Origin: Octopus vulgaris
Taxonomy: Eukaryota
DNA: 64,000 nucleotides
Direction of reading: 5' to 3'
NCBI GenBank assembly: GCA_951406725.2
Contig: OX597817.1
Span: 106,330,001-106,394,000 of the forward strand
Shown: one piece after another, positions 12,091 through 24,990 of the stretch
How the letters are laid out: each line of letters opens with the position of its first letter
How positions within the stretch are numbered: the stretch's first letter is position 1
The notes under the pieces: model-generated
Told to the model about the DNA's origin: nothing
What the model saw: only the letters and a program-made list of their open reading frames with translations
The model's database searches: none
Translations under genes and position numbers: made by a program

Positions 12091-12995
12091 ATATCATAAA
12101 GTATTAAATAAAATATGCATTATTAAAGTTAATTAGTAGCAGCTCTTATAGCTTTATGCAATTAGAAAAATTTGTTTACTAATCAATACACAGTTTTATT
12201 TGCATAGAATCAGTTGTTTTGATAAGCTACTACCAAAAATTTGTTTTTATACGATACAGATGCAATTAGTAAATGCTGCTTACTGACAACAAATATATTT
12301 GTTATATGTATGTAAATATATCTTGTTTTTTTTTTACTTAGTTTTAACTCTCTCCCTTCATCGTTTTTCAAATTTACTAGTATTCTTGATAATTTTTTCT
12401 TTGTTTTGATCATTAAACCCCAAATAACACTTGATTCCCCTTCTTACACCCCATTCTTCCTCCCTTTTTCTTCATGGTTAATTTTTGTTCTGACTATAGT
12501 GATTCCACACTATAGTAAACTTACGCTATAACATTAACCACACTTCATCACTATTGTTAAGTTAGTGTTAATATATCTAATGCAAGTAGCAATATTCCAC
12601 TGCATAACTATTTTTAGAAATAATATGTGGTCAGGTAAAAAAAATCAATATTAGTCACTTACCGATATTATTTTGATTATTTCTGAAAGAACAGGAGACA
12701 ACTCTTTGCTTTCGTGTTACCATGACCCCTCAACAATACCTGGGCTTCACTGTAATTGCCAAACTACCGAAGAAAGAATCATTTCATTGGTATCTTTTAT
12801 CTTTTACTTGTTTCAGTTATTTCACTGCAGCCATGCTGGAGCACCACCATGAAGAGTTTTAAAAGCCTAGAACTTATTCTAATGATCTCTTGTCCAAACA
12901 GCTAATTTACAGGGACATAAATATACCAACACCGGTTGCCAACAGTGGTGGAGGACAAACAGACACATACACATAGATACACACACACATATATA

Positions 12996-13219
12996 TAAGG
13001 GGGTGCCGAATAGTTCCTGACTTTAAAGGTATAGTGAAAGGCCTGGTTGAAGGCCCAACATTCCAAGTTCATTTATGGGCTTAGAAAAACTGAAGGATTG
13101 CTGCAACAAGTGTGTGAATCTGAGAGGGAAATATGTTGAATAAAATCTTACTTAACTGATCCTCCTGTATTTTCTGTTGAAAAGTTCCAAAGCCGGGAAC
13201 TTTGCAACACTCTCTCATA
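12996..13219 (+). mobile_element. Mariner-derived MITE
   Basis: TIR GGGGTGCCGAATAGTTCCTGACTTT / AAAGCCGGGAACTTTGCAACACTCTC; retains the transposase end KCVNLRGKYVE*. Other copies at 24347, 25070 and 35250. Confidence 0.8.
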
Positions 13220-13220
13220 C

Positions 13221-13266
<46 letters not shown>

Positions 13267-13438
13267 CATCATCATCATCATCATCGTTTAACGTCCACTT
13301 TCCATGCCAGCATGGGTTGGACGGTTCAACTGGGGTCTGGCAAGCCCGAAGGCTGCACCAGGCCAGTCAGATTTGGCAGTGTTTCTACAGCTGGATGCCC
13401 TTCCTAACGCCAACCACTCCGAGAGTGTAGTGGGTGAT

Positions 13439-13905
13439 TTTATGTGCCACCGACACAGGTGCCAGACGAGGCTGGCAGACGGCCACGCTCGGATGGTGTT
13501 TTTTATGTGCCACCGACACAGGTGCCAGACGAAGCTGGCAGACAGCCACGCTCGGATGGTGTTTTTATGTGCCACCGACACAGGTGCCAGACGAAGCTGG
13601 CAGACGGCCACGCTCGGATGGTGTTTCTTTATGTGCCACCGACACAGGTGCCAGACGAGGCTGGCAGACGGCCACGCTCAGATGGTGTTTTCTTATGTGT
13701 CACCGGCACAGGTGCCAGACGAGGCTGGCGAACGGCCACGCTCGGATGGTGTTTTCTTATGTGTCACCGGCACAGGTGCCAGACGAGGCTGGCGAACGGC
13801 CACGCTCGGATGGTGTTTGTTACGTGCCCTCAGCACGGAGGCCAGTCGATGCGGTACTGGCTACGGTCACGTTCAGATGGTTTTCTTATGTGCCACCGGC
13901 ACTGG
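13439..13905. repeat. About 62-64-bp minisatellite in the LINE 3' UTR (6 near-identical units plus degenerate ones)
   Basis: Unit TTATGTGCCACCGACACAGGTGCCAGACGAGGCTGGCAGACGGCCACGCTCGGATGGTGTTT; no unique spacers. Confidence 0.92.
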
Positions 13906-14071
13906 TACCATAAAGGATACAAATAGGATACAAATTCCATTGATGTACATCTATTTTGATTTGGTTTTGATTTTCACTTGCCTCAACAGGTCTTCTCAAG
14001 TGTCACAATAAGGAAGGTATGCACAGGTGGACTGACTACGTCCCAGGTAGGGGCCACGGGATATGGCTTCA

Positions 14072-15449
14072 CTAGTCTTGCCGGGTCTTCTCACGCACAG
14101 CATACTTCCATAGGTCTCGGTCTCTAGTCATTTCCATGGTGAGACCTAACGTCCGAAGGTCGTGCTTCACCACCTCGTCCCAGGTTTTCCTGGGTCTACC
14201 TCTTCCACGGGTTCCCTCAACTGCTAGGGATTGGCACTTTCTCACACACCTATCTTCATCCATTCTCGCCACATGACCATACCAGCGCAATCGTCTCTCT
14301 TGCACACCACAACTGATGCTTCTTAGGTACAACATTTCTCTCAAGGTACTAACGCTCTGTCGAGTAAGTACACTGACATTACACATCCATCGGAGCATAC
14401 TGGCTTCATTCCTCACGAGCTTACGCATGTCCTCAGCAGTCACGGCCCAAGTTTCACTGCCATGTAGCATAGCTGTTCGTACACATGCATCATACAGTCT
14501 GCCTTTTACTCTGAGCGAGAGGCCTTTAGTCACCAGCAGAGGTAAGAGCTCCCTAAACTTTGCCCAGACTATTCTTATTCTAGCAGTTACACTTTCAGCA
14601 CACCCACCCCCACTGCTGACTTGGTCACCTAGATAGCGGAAGCTATCAACTACTTCTAGTTTTTCCCCCCGGAAAGTAACGGAAGTTGTTTTCTGCAGAT
14701 TTTCGGAGGTCAATGCTCCCGAGCATCTGCCACATACAAAAACTATCTTCCCAGTTAGCCTACCTTTGACATTGCTGCACCTCTTATGTGTAGGTACATC
14801 TTATAGAGTTTCTACCTACACCTTTTCTACAGATCGAGCAGGGCCATCTTCCTGAGGATATTTGTGGATTGTCTACCTTTCTACTTATTAGTACTTTGGT
14901 TTTAGCTAGGTTGACTCTAAGGCCCCTCGATTCTAAACCCTCCTTCCACACCTGGAACTTCTGCTCCAGTTCTGATAGTGACTCAGCAATTAGAGCGAGG
15001 TCGTCAGCATAGAGGAGCTCCCAGGGGCAGCCTGTCTTGAATTCCTCCACAATTGCCTGGAGGACTATGATAAATAGGAGGGGGCTGAGTACTGAACCCT
15101 GGTGGACCCCAACCTCTACTTTGAATTCTTCTGTGTACATGTTGCCAACCCTAACCTTACTTACGGCATCTCTGTACATGGCTTGCACAGCCCTCACCAG
15201 CCATTCATCTATCCCTAGTTTCCTCATTGACCACCAGATGAGGGATCGGGGGACCCTATCAAAGGCTTTCTCCATGTCAACGAAAGCCAGGTACAAGGGC
15301 TTATCTCTGGCTAGGTATTTCTCCTGCAGCTGCCTTACCAGGAATATAGCATCAGTGGTGCTTTTCCCTGGCACGAACCCAAACTGCATCTCATCTAAAC
15401 TAACTCTCTCTCTAATTAGTTGGGCTATGACCCTCTCCGTGACCTTCAT
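14072..15449 (-). pseudogene. RTE reverse transcriptase (truncated, one frameshift near 14784)
   Basis: QFGFVPGKSTTDAIF, AFVDMEKAFDRV, GVHQGSVLSPLLF, LYADDL, Cys-rich insert CSICRKGVGRNSIRC..HKRCS..CGRC, FRYLG, GSETW, RLRWYGHV, RGRGRPRKTW. Confidence 0.95.
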
Positions 15450-15452
15450 ATA

Positions 15453-15543
<91 letters not shown>

Positions 15544-16016
15544 TACAATTGAAATTTACAGAAAAACAAAAGACGAAGACAGGTGTATAAACAACAAGCA
15601 GGTGTATAGATATATATATATAATACATATATATGATGGATTCTTTCAGTTTCCATCTACTAAATCCACTCACCGGGCTTTGGTCAGCCTTTGGCCATAA
15701 AAGAAGACACTTACCCAAGATGCCACACAGTGGGACTGAACCCAGAACTGCACATAGTTGTTCAAGTTTATACACTGGTTATGTTTTGTCCTTTACTTGT
15801 TTCAGTCAGTAGACTGCAGCGATGCTGAAGTGCTGTATTGAAGTGGGGTTTGTTGAACAAATTGATTCTTGTATGTATTGTTTAAGCCTGGGGCTTATTC
15901 TATCATTCTCTCTTGCCAAACTGCTAATTTACAGGGAAATAAACTAACCAACTCCAGTTGTCATAGGTAAGTGGGAAGCAAACTCAAACACAAAAACATG
16001 AACACATCGATATATA

Positions 16017-16474
16017 CAATAATCACTCGCCATATCTTGGTTAACCTATTGCGCCCTCAGTATATCACGGATTTTTCTGGCTAATATATGTAAATTTATA
16101 TCATGGACTCCTCAGTATATCACAGGTTTCTGCAGCCGATAAGTATTAATATTTTTAAGATTTTAATTATTACTGTAGTAAAATAAGCATTTTCGCGTCT
16201 AAAAATTAATAAAGTAAAATACAGTACAATATTGCACTGTATAATACATTAATTAAAATATATTAAAAGAAAATATGTAGTGTACCGTAGATGAGTGTAC
16301 TGTAGTGTACCGCACATACTGTATGGAAAACGAAACTTGGGAGGTAAGTGTGTGGTGTTGTTTTGCATTTATAATAAAATATATATACAAATTTTAAAAA
16401 ATATATACAATGCAGTACTGTTTCTACTTTGCGGATTTTGGAACATAACACCCACGATAGTCAAGAGATTACTG
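16017..16474. mobile_element. Tigger/pogo-like MITE
   Basis: Degenerate TIRs TA-CAATAATCACTCGCCATATC / GATAGTCAAGAGATTACTG-TA. Confidence 0.55.
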
Positions 16475-16487
16475 TACATACATACAC

Positions 16488-16542
<55 letters not shown>

Positions 16543-16543
<1 letters not shown>

Positions 16544-17441
16544 TACATATGTGGAAATCTGTGGGTGTGTTTGTTTGTGGTGTTGTTATATAATTCCTCC
16601 TACATCGCTTTATCGATTTTAATGAAACTTGACATGTGAGTAGAACTCATGCCTGGAAAACTAGTGACATACTTAGATTGTTGAAAAATCGATAATAGGG
16701 CCCCTGAAAGGGATTCTTATATCTACTACATATAACTAGTATATTATTTTTAAACATCCAAGGGAAATAACCCATTCGCTCCTGAAAGGGATCCTTATAT
16801 ATAGCTAAGGAAAATTACCCATTCATGTTCGTAAATTATTTCGTATAAATCAAATTGAGTATGCTTATTTCTTAGTATTTGAACTATTTGAGTTGTTTTC
16901 ACATTTTATCCAGTACAACACTTAAACAAGTAAATAGTATTCTTCTAAGCAATAGATCCACTTATTTCAGTTAGGGACTTATTCACAAATATACCAACAC
17001 TAGCGCCACTGAGGGTAATATTTTATGCGAATACACAAAAGCATTTTTCAGAGTTATTTATTTTGAATTGTTATTATCTCATATCTCATTAGCATGTTAT
17101 TACATAACATGCTTCACGATTTTAGTATACATACCTAAATAGTATTTCCTCCTAAGTTCTATATACTCTGGGAATGTATAAAAGCTCTTTTTGGGGCTAC
17201 TTTACTTGAATTTTTACTTTCGGATTATTAGTTTCATGTTGTTACATAACTGACTTCACAATTTGGGTATTCATAACTTATTGGGAATTCCTAAAAACAA
17301 GATTCTGTGTAAAACAGTTCAGTATTCTCAATAAATGCACAAAAACTTTGTATTGTTGTTACTGGATTAGTGAAAGAATTATGAGAATGGAACCAAGGGA
17401 TAAGCCCTGCTTTCCCAGGAATTGGTGGGTACGTCAGCTAG
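16543..17441 (+). mobile_element. Non-autonomous Helitron
   Basis: 3' end has a short hairpin (CCCAGGAATTGGTGGG) followed by CTAG|T at 17438-17441. The 5' part has a GTTT-type repeat and ATCGATTTTAATGAAACTT. Confidence 0.55.
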
Positions 17442-17484
17442 TATATACATATATGTGTGTGTTTGTATACATATATATATATGT

Positions 17485-17832
17485 TCTTTTATTTCTTTCA
17501 GTCATTTTATTGCTGCCATGCTGGAGCACTGCCTTTACTTTTTGTAAGCCTAGTACTTATTCTATCAGTGTCTTTTGCCGAACTGCTAAGTTACAGGGAC
17601 ATAGACATGCCAACATCAGTGGTCAAGCAATGGAGGGGACAAACACAGACACAAACACACACACACACACACATATATACGATGGGATTCTTTCAGTTTC
17701 TGTCTACCAAATCCACTCACAAGGTTTTGGTCGGCCTGAGGCTATAGCAGAAGACACCTGTCATGCAGTGGGACTGAACCTAGAACCATATGGTTGATAA
17801 GCAAGCTACTTACCACACAGCCACTCCTGCGC
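17485..17832 (-). mobile_element. tRNA-derived SINE, family A (CORE-like)
   Basis: Reverse complement of GCGCAGGAGTGGCTGTGTGGTAAGTAGCTTGC...GGTTCAGTCCCAC..., with an internal (TG)n. Confidence 0.85.
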
Positions 17833-18043
17833 TTATATATATATGTATATTTATGTTTATGTATGTATATATATAGGTGTGTGTGTGTGTATGTATATAT
17901 ACATCTGAAAAAAATGAATAGAAATAACTTTTCTGATCATTTTTCCACTTTAATAATTAGATGTTTTTAAATTGGAAAAATTATCAGAAAATCCATTTTT
18001 ATTCATTTTATCAAATATATAATACAGTATTCTATTTCTTATT

Positions 18044-18077
<34 letters not shown>

Positions 18078-18090
18078 ACACACATGTATA

Positions 18091-18122
<32 letters not shown>

Positions 18123-18149
18123 CTACTACTACACACACACATGTATATA

Positions 18150-18223
<74 letters not shown>

Positions 18224-18454
18224 TATATTAGCATCCCTATGTTGTCCGGGTGCTATGACCTACAGCCACATTGTATTATTTGTTCCTTTCTTATGGGTAG
18301 AATTGGTGATACAGCTCATATATAGTGAACTGGATTGCAGGTGTAATGGAAGTTATTGTTTGTTTAAAAGTGAAGGGGGCAAAGGGTACAATTTGCATGG
18401 GTTTTCATGAAAGTGCTTTCTATTCTTAAGAAGGGTCAGAAACTATGTATTGTT

Positions 18455-19085
18455 TCATTGTATAAAAGGAGATTAATGTGATTTTGCTCAGAAATTATGC
18501 TCTCAAAATTTTTATTTCTTTTTCAAATTTTTTTTTTATCCACATAAAAAAATACAGAGATTATGAATCTGGGAAATATATATTTTTTTATAAAGTTTAA
18601 TTTTTCTTAAAGAAACACTTGATGCTCCTTTCCCCACCCCACCCACCACCCATCATCTACCTGCTTTCAAAAAGCTAAAACCTCCCAATGTTTCACCTTC
18701 ATCTGATTTTTCACACATACATCAAATTGCACTGAAATACCAGACCACCACCAGAAAATCCAACATGCTCGAAACAATAGGTAAATGACATTATTTCTGA
18801 AGAAACTTCCCCTCTTTCCAAAAAGCTAAAAGTGAAACATTGGAAGTTTATAGCTTTTTGAAAGTGGTGAGGTGATGGGTGGATGTTTGGGAAAGGAAAT
18901 TTTAGTGTTTCTTTAAGAAAAAAGGAAGAAGAAAATTCTTAAAGATTTGTATTCTCTGTTTTTTCCTCTGTGGATTACTAAGAAAAAAATTTGGAAAAAA
19001 TGAAGAAATTGGAGTGGGGAGGGAGAAAATAAAAATTTTGAGAACATGTTTTGGGGGCAAAATCATAATCTCCTTTATTGAAAAC
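18455..19085. repeat. Long imperfect inverted repeat / foldback element
   Basis: About 18455-18700 vs 18830-19085, e.g. TTTTCTTAAAGAAACACT, CTTTCAAAAAGCTA and TAAAAGGAGATTA...CTCAAAATTTTTATTT are mirrored. Confidence 0.7.
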
Positions 19086-20344
19086 ATAGAAATGAGGAGA
19101 AATTTAGGAAAAAAAAAGGGGGGGGGACGCAAATGTCACCTCGGGCATGCTAGAAACCAGGTAAAGGACTGGATATCTAGGAAAACTTCCTTTTAAGTTT
19201 ATATTGAAGTTCAAGTTTTTAAATACGCTCATCACAAACACGAATTACAGAATAGAAAAAGATTATTTCAATTGGAATTGAGCCGTAATTTTGCACATGC
19301 ACACAGTAAGAAATAAGATAATTCATACAGGTTTACCTAGTGTGTGTGTGTGTGAGTGTGTGCATGTGTGTGCCAAAAGAATTTACTTTATGGCATTTTT
19401 TCAATTGACAACTTGATTATATGATCAATTATATGAGATCATATGATTGTTTGTTAATTTCTGTAAAATTTTTTATTTCTTTATGCTTTGAAGAGAGCAG
19501 AAATTGAAAAAGAGGAGAAAGTGAAAAAGTGACATTTACCTTGAAGTGAGAGCAGAAAGTGAAAGAGAAGAAAAGTGAAAAATCTATGTACATGTATATG
19601 AAATGGACGTGTGTGTGTGTGCATGTGCATGAGAGAGAAGGAGAGAGAGAGCGGGAGAGTGACTGAGTGAAGGTGTGTTGTCATGCATGTATGTGTAAAT
19701 GGCAAAAACTCACCCTCTCTCTTTCTTTATCTCACTCACACACACACATTATCATTCATATACACCTACATAAATACATATGAATACATCTTTTTTGTAT
19801 ATATATATGTGCATGTGAGAGAGAGAGGGAGTGACTGTATTTCCTCATAACATATAGAGAAATGGATGTCTTTTAATGAAAATGTTTTGGTTGTAGCTTA
19901 TTTTAATACAATATTTAGTGTACATTTTCATAAATGTTTGTCTGAGTAGAATTCTATGCATGCATGAAACATTATAAGCAAATTGAAGTATTGCCTGAAA
20001 ATGATTTCAAAATTGTGTGATCCAACCTTGTTTCCAAGGTTATGCTTGTAGTAAAAAAGATTTGTTGTGCCAAAAACATAGTTTATTTGGTAGCCTTTAT
20101 ATATATATATATATAGATAGATGATAAGCAGCTTTCTTTATTACAGTACAGGTGTGACTATTTCGGAGAAACATTACTTTCATTATCCAAGCATCATCAA
20201 TCTTGTAATGCAACACTTCATAATTTTGGTTCAAATTGAAAGTGTGAAACTATTTTCACTTTCAAATGAAACCTGACCGTTTTAGAACAGTGTCTTTCAA
20301 ATAACTATAGCTGATTGTTGAGATAATGTAGAAAATATGTAAAT

Positions 20345-20730
20345 GGGCATAGGAGTGGCTGTGTGGTAAGTAGCTTGCTTACCAACCACATAGTTCCGGG
20401 TTCATTCCCACTGCGTGGCACCCTGGGCAAGTGTCTTCTACTATAGCCTTGGGCCAACCAAAGCCTTGTGAGTGGATTTGGTAGACGGAAACTGAAAGAA
20501 GCCCGTCGTATATATGTGTGTGTATGTATGTTTGTGTGTCTGTCTTTGTTTCTCCAACATCACTTGACAACTGATGCTGGTGTGTTTATGGCCCTGTAAC
20601 TTAGCAGTTCAGCAAAAGAGACCAATAGAATAAGTACTAGGCTTACAAAGAATAAGTCCTGGGGTCGATTTGCTTGACTAAAGGTGGTGCTCTGGCATGG
20701 CCCCAGACTGAAACAAGTAAAAGAAAGAAA
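20345..20730 (+). mobile_element. Full-length family-A SINE
   Basis: GGCATAGGAGTGGCTGTGTGGTAAG..GGGTTCATTCCC..TGGGCAAGT..GACTGAAACAAGTAAAAG. Confidence 0.9.
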
Positions 20731-20870
20731 GAAATGAAAAACGTTTATTTGGTAGCCGAAAGATTACTGAATTTTTTGATACCCCATACGTCAAAATCTG
20801 CAACTCAATTGAGTTCAATAGGCAAACAATGAGAGAAACTAATGGAAAACAGGACAAGTAACATAAAGAA

Positions 20871-20998
20871 TGACTCTTCTTCATCAGTTGTTGGCTGTCT
20901 ATCTACTCCTCCTTTCGAGCATTGAACAACAATATGAGTCTTTGAAGACAGTTGCTACCATAAGTACCAAAATGAAATTTGGAATTTATGGTGAGTCA
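20871..20998 (-). ncRNA. Non-circularly permuted hammerhead ribozyme, copy 3
   Basis: Minus strand: CTCA-TA-TTGTTG, then GCTC-GAAA-GGAG, then CAACAA-CTGATGA. Stem I pairs 6/6 and stem III 4/5. Confidence 0.72.
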
Positions 20999-21149
20999 AA
21001 GTTGGGAACAAAAACAGGACAGTGGAGACATACAAGAAAACCAAACAAAACAAGCATGGAGGGTCATTAGAACAGAACGAGGGTAAAATAGCAAACACTG
21101 GAGAAATATTTTCTTTGACAAGAGAAAAGAAAAAAGAGAGAGTTAGGGA

Positions 21150-21485
21150 TTTCTTTCAGTTTCTTGGTTGGCCCAAGGCTATAGTAAGAAGACACTTGTG
21201 CAAGATGCCATGCAGTGGGATTGAATCTAGAGCCATGTCATTGGGAAACAAGCTCCTTATCACACAGCCACTTGTGTGGCTATATATATTCTTTTATTTG
21301 TTTCAGTCATTTGACTGCAGCCATGCTGGAGCACTACTTTTTGTTGAACAAATCAACCCCAGGACTTATTCTTTGTATGCCTAGTACTTATTCTACCAGC
21401 CTCTTTTGTCGAACTGCTAAGTTACGGGAATGTAAACATACCAGCATATCGGTTGTCAAGCAAACACAGACACACATATACATAC

Positions 21486-21528
<43 letters not shown>

Positions 21529-21682
21529 ACAAGCTTCTTTCAGTTTCCATCTCCTAAATCCATTCACAAGGCTTTGGTTGGCCCAAGGCTATAGTAGAAG
21601 ACACTTGCCTGTGGTGCATCACAGTGGGAAGAGCACACACATGGGAAGCAAGCTGCTTAAACCCACAGCCCAACCTGCACCC
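21150..21682 (-). mobile_element. Two adjacent family-A SINE copies
   Basis: About 21150-21280 (5' half) and 21290-21682 (near full length). Confidence 0.8.
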
Positions 21683-23528
21683 ATAGAAAAATAGCATTGG
21701 GTTATGGTTAAACATCTCAGAGGCACCATGAAAAAAAATTAAGTCAGTGCTTACATTTTTAACACAGTATAATCTACTGCTCTAGCTTATCCTTACTACA
21801 ATAATTTATAACAGTGTCCTCTTATAATTGTAGTCCATATCTACTACTAAGTTCAACCTACACCGTTATTATCCAGTTTTCTATGTATGTGTGAAATATC
21901 TCCAACCAAATGATTCTAATAGTACATGATCTGTTATTTAAATTTCCCTTTATAGGTAAATTTCCTTAACTGAATATCTTTCCTTGAGCTTATATTTGAC
22001 CTGTGTTCTTATGAGTCAGTGGTGAACAAGCAGTGACAAAAGGCATGCCTTTAGCATTTTCCATTTCTCTTCTCAAACAAATGACATGTGGTCTTGATAT
22101 AATGCACCAGACAGATGTATGAACTTTATTCTCAATCCTTTTTTTCTTTTCTTTTTTTGTAGGTCATTTAACTATGTTAACAAGTATTCTTATTTTCTAT
22201 ATCTGAATTGGCTTTCAGTCTATCTCACTGAAACTTATGCAACTGAAATACAAAGAAGAAATGAAAGTATATCACTGATTAAATATTTGAAATTTTCATT
22301 TTAACAAACTGAACAATAGGTAGGTTTAGGTTTGTAAGCAAATTATTTATCATGTGTGAAAGGATGTACAAAATACTAACAGCATGTAAATTGGTGCACA
22401 CGTGACAGATAATGTACAACATACTGAATATGTTAGAGATAGAACTTAAAATGAAATGTAATTACATGTTAGTGTGAGAAATAGTATACATTTTTATTCA
22501 TGCCAGATAAAACAGAGCTAAACCTATTGCATCAACTATACAATTCATATATAGCTCGAACTGAGTACAAGAACAAAGGTAAAAATAAACAGCTAATGCT
22601 GGGGGAGTAAATACAGTGTCTATGATAAAAAAAAAAAAAAACGAGAGGGAATTCGATCCTCTGAAGAAGGGTACCATTGAAGTAAATGCTTCTATCTGGT
22701 TTATACCAACTTGCTGTATCTATTATTAGTCTTTAGTCATTTATCTGGGTCATCTACTAAAATAATTTGTAAGTTGCAATTACAGCAATTTATATAATAT
22801 CTATGCTAGAAACAGGTTCGCAATCTTTAGATTCATACAGAGATAAAAAGCAGCATATACTTAAACAGGACACAGAATGACAAATATGTTTTCATTCTTT
22901 TTTTTTTCTTTTTTATTTTTTTTTTCAGTTTAGGTTTAGCAGATGTACTAAAAGGAGAAACACAAGACCTATGAACATGATGTTAAGTTAATGCAGTTAG
23001 TAATCCTAGATTTTCCTTTGCACTTTATTCCCTGAAGTACTTAGGTAATGAATATTTTTGATTTTACACACATGTATAAAATCAACCCTCTGCTATCATG
23101 TACTAGAGACTTGGATAATCATTCTACAATTAATTCAGATCATGTAAGATAACATACACAGATATTTATTCCCTACAACATTATGCTCAATATTTATCAA
23201 GAAAATTCAAGAGTGCTCATAAAAATAAGAACATGACATCTACCACTAGGTAAAAATATCCCACAAGTATGTATATTGTGTTTTTAATGTGTGTGTATTT
23301 GTCTGTGTGCATAGTGCGTATTTCAAAAGTTAAACAAGAGCATGTCAAAGGAACGAATGGAAAATTAACACATAAGACATCGACATGCCTGTATACATAT
23401 ATGTATATCTGTATGTGTGCATATTATATACATGTACATATGTATGTATATATGTATGTGTGTATATATATATATATATGTGTGTGTGTGCGTGTATGTG
23501 TATATATATGTGTGTATACATGTGTGTG

Positions 23529-23559
<31 letters not shown>

Positions 23560-23589
23560 ATGTACATATGTATGCATGGTGGCACATTG

Positions 23590-23857
23590 CTATACTTGAG
23601 AAGATCCACCTACCATAACAGACTTGAGATCCTAAAATGCAAGTGCCATGTAAAAAGCGTTAGTGTGGGTGCTAGTGTCATATAAAAAGAACCCAGTGCA
23701 CTCTGTAAAGTGGTTGGCATTAGGAAGGGTATCCAGCTGTAGAAACCAAGCTAAAATAGACTATAAAACCTGGTGTGGCTCCTGGCCTTGCTAGTTTCTG
23801 TCAAGCCACCTGACCCATGCCTGCAGGGAAGAGTGACATTAAATGTTGATGATGATG
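23590..23857 (+). mobile_element. RTE LINE 3' UTR fragment
   Basis: GTGCCATGTAAAAAGC..GGTTGGCATTAGGAAGGG..(GAT)n. Similar fragments at 28360-28625, 42010-42215, 45420-45727 and 25335-25400 (-). Confidence 0.75.
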
Positions 23858-24346
23858 TGAGTATGTGTATCCAAAGTGAGAGAGTGGAACAGGTAAAATG
23901 GAGGTTACATATGTTTCTTTGCTAGCTGATCCTCTGATGTAATAATTACTCAACAAGAGGTACTCAACTTAGCTAATCATCAGGCTGAACATACTTTGAT
24001 TAAATGAAGGTTGCGTTGTTGCATAGAATTTCCTTGTTAACTCACCACAGATGTGAGTTGGAGGTATCCATTCCCCTTCCTTTGTTTGGATTTTCATTCA
24101 CATTCACAGCAACTCTAGTTACTAACCATAAAGTATACAGAAACTTTCATCTTATTAAATTTCCTTTGACATGGGGAAGAGTAACTTTGACATGGGCAAA
24201 AGTGAGTAACCTTCAATTTCAATAAAATGCTATTGTTCTTATTCATACATTGTTCATTTCTTGTTTTCTGTACTTGCCATAAACTGTTTGGATCTTACAA
24301 ACTTCCTACATTTGGATCCCTGAATCTTACCATTACATAACACTAT

Positions 24347-24565
24347 ATAAGGGTGTGCAGAAAAGTTCCTGGCTTTGGGTAAAAGAAAATACAGGAGGAT
24401 CAGTTGATTATGATTTTATTCAACATATTTCCTTCTTAGATTCACACATTTATTGCAGCAGTCTTTCAGTTTTACTAAGCTCTGTAAAAGATCTCAGAAG
24501 GTTAGGCCTCCAACCAGGCCTTTTGCAATACCCTTAAAGCCAGGAACTTTTCAGCACTCCGTCAT
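24347..24565 (-). mobile_element. Mariner-derived MITE
   Basis: GGGTGTGCAGAAAAGTTCCTGGCTTT / AAAGCCAGGAACTTTTCAGCACTCC. Confidence 0.82.
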
Positions 24566-24723
24566 ATATATATATATATATATATTATGTGTGTGTATGC
24601 AAATGCTATATGATAAGTATGATAAGATCACATGTATGTCCTTCACATTGTATCTCAGAAATTGAACACTTTTTCCTTGATACTTTTACTATATTGACTA
24701 AATGTCATAACATCGAACTATTC

Positions 24724-24756
<33 letters not shown>

Positions 24757-24784
24757 CTACATATATATATATATATATATGTGT

Positions 24785-24990
24785 GACCTTGTGTGTACCG
24801 TTGGCGATTTTTTTCCCTCTGTCTTCCCTTCTCTGGATCTTTCCTTCTCCTATGTTTCCGATGAAGAGCTCCGCTCAAAACGTTAAACCCTTCTTCTTTC
24901 CTTCTTTCCTGAGCGACCAATAATACTATATTTGTTCCACGTCCTCGCATTGTTGTGTTTTTTTGTGTTTTCTTGTTTGGATTAACTTTA
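24785..24990 (+). mobile_element. Penelope-like terminal fragment with a decayed minimal hammerhead (24854-24888)
   Basis: GTTT-CCGATGA-A-GAGC tcc GCTC-AAAA-CG-TT-AAAC; lies between (TA)n tracts. Confidence 0.6.

Larger units (their letters stand above)
13266..15449 (-). mobile_element. 5'-truncated RTE-clade LINE, relatively young
   Basis: RT ORFs at 14784-15449 and 14072-14713, a 3' UTR with a minisatellite, and a (GAT)n tail. Both ends abut (TA)n. Confidence 0.95.

Noticed and set aside
13439-13905. CRISPR-like array
   Set aside because: Head-to-tail units with no unique spacers and no cas genes; it sits in a LINE 3' UTR in eukaryotic DNA.
13304-14011. 235-aa and overlapping + strand ORFs
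   Set aside because: Antisense readings of the minisatellite, open in all frames because the unit lacks stops.
20345-20420. tRNA genes at SINE heads
   Set aside because: A/B-box-like motifs are present, but no complete cloverleaf, and each continues into a SINE body.
22645-22700. CTGAAGAAGGG resembling the permuted-HHR X strand
   Set aside because: No matching GAAA/stem III or stem I partner found nearby.
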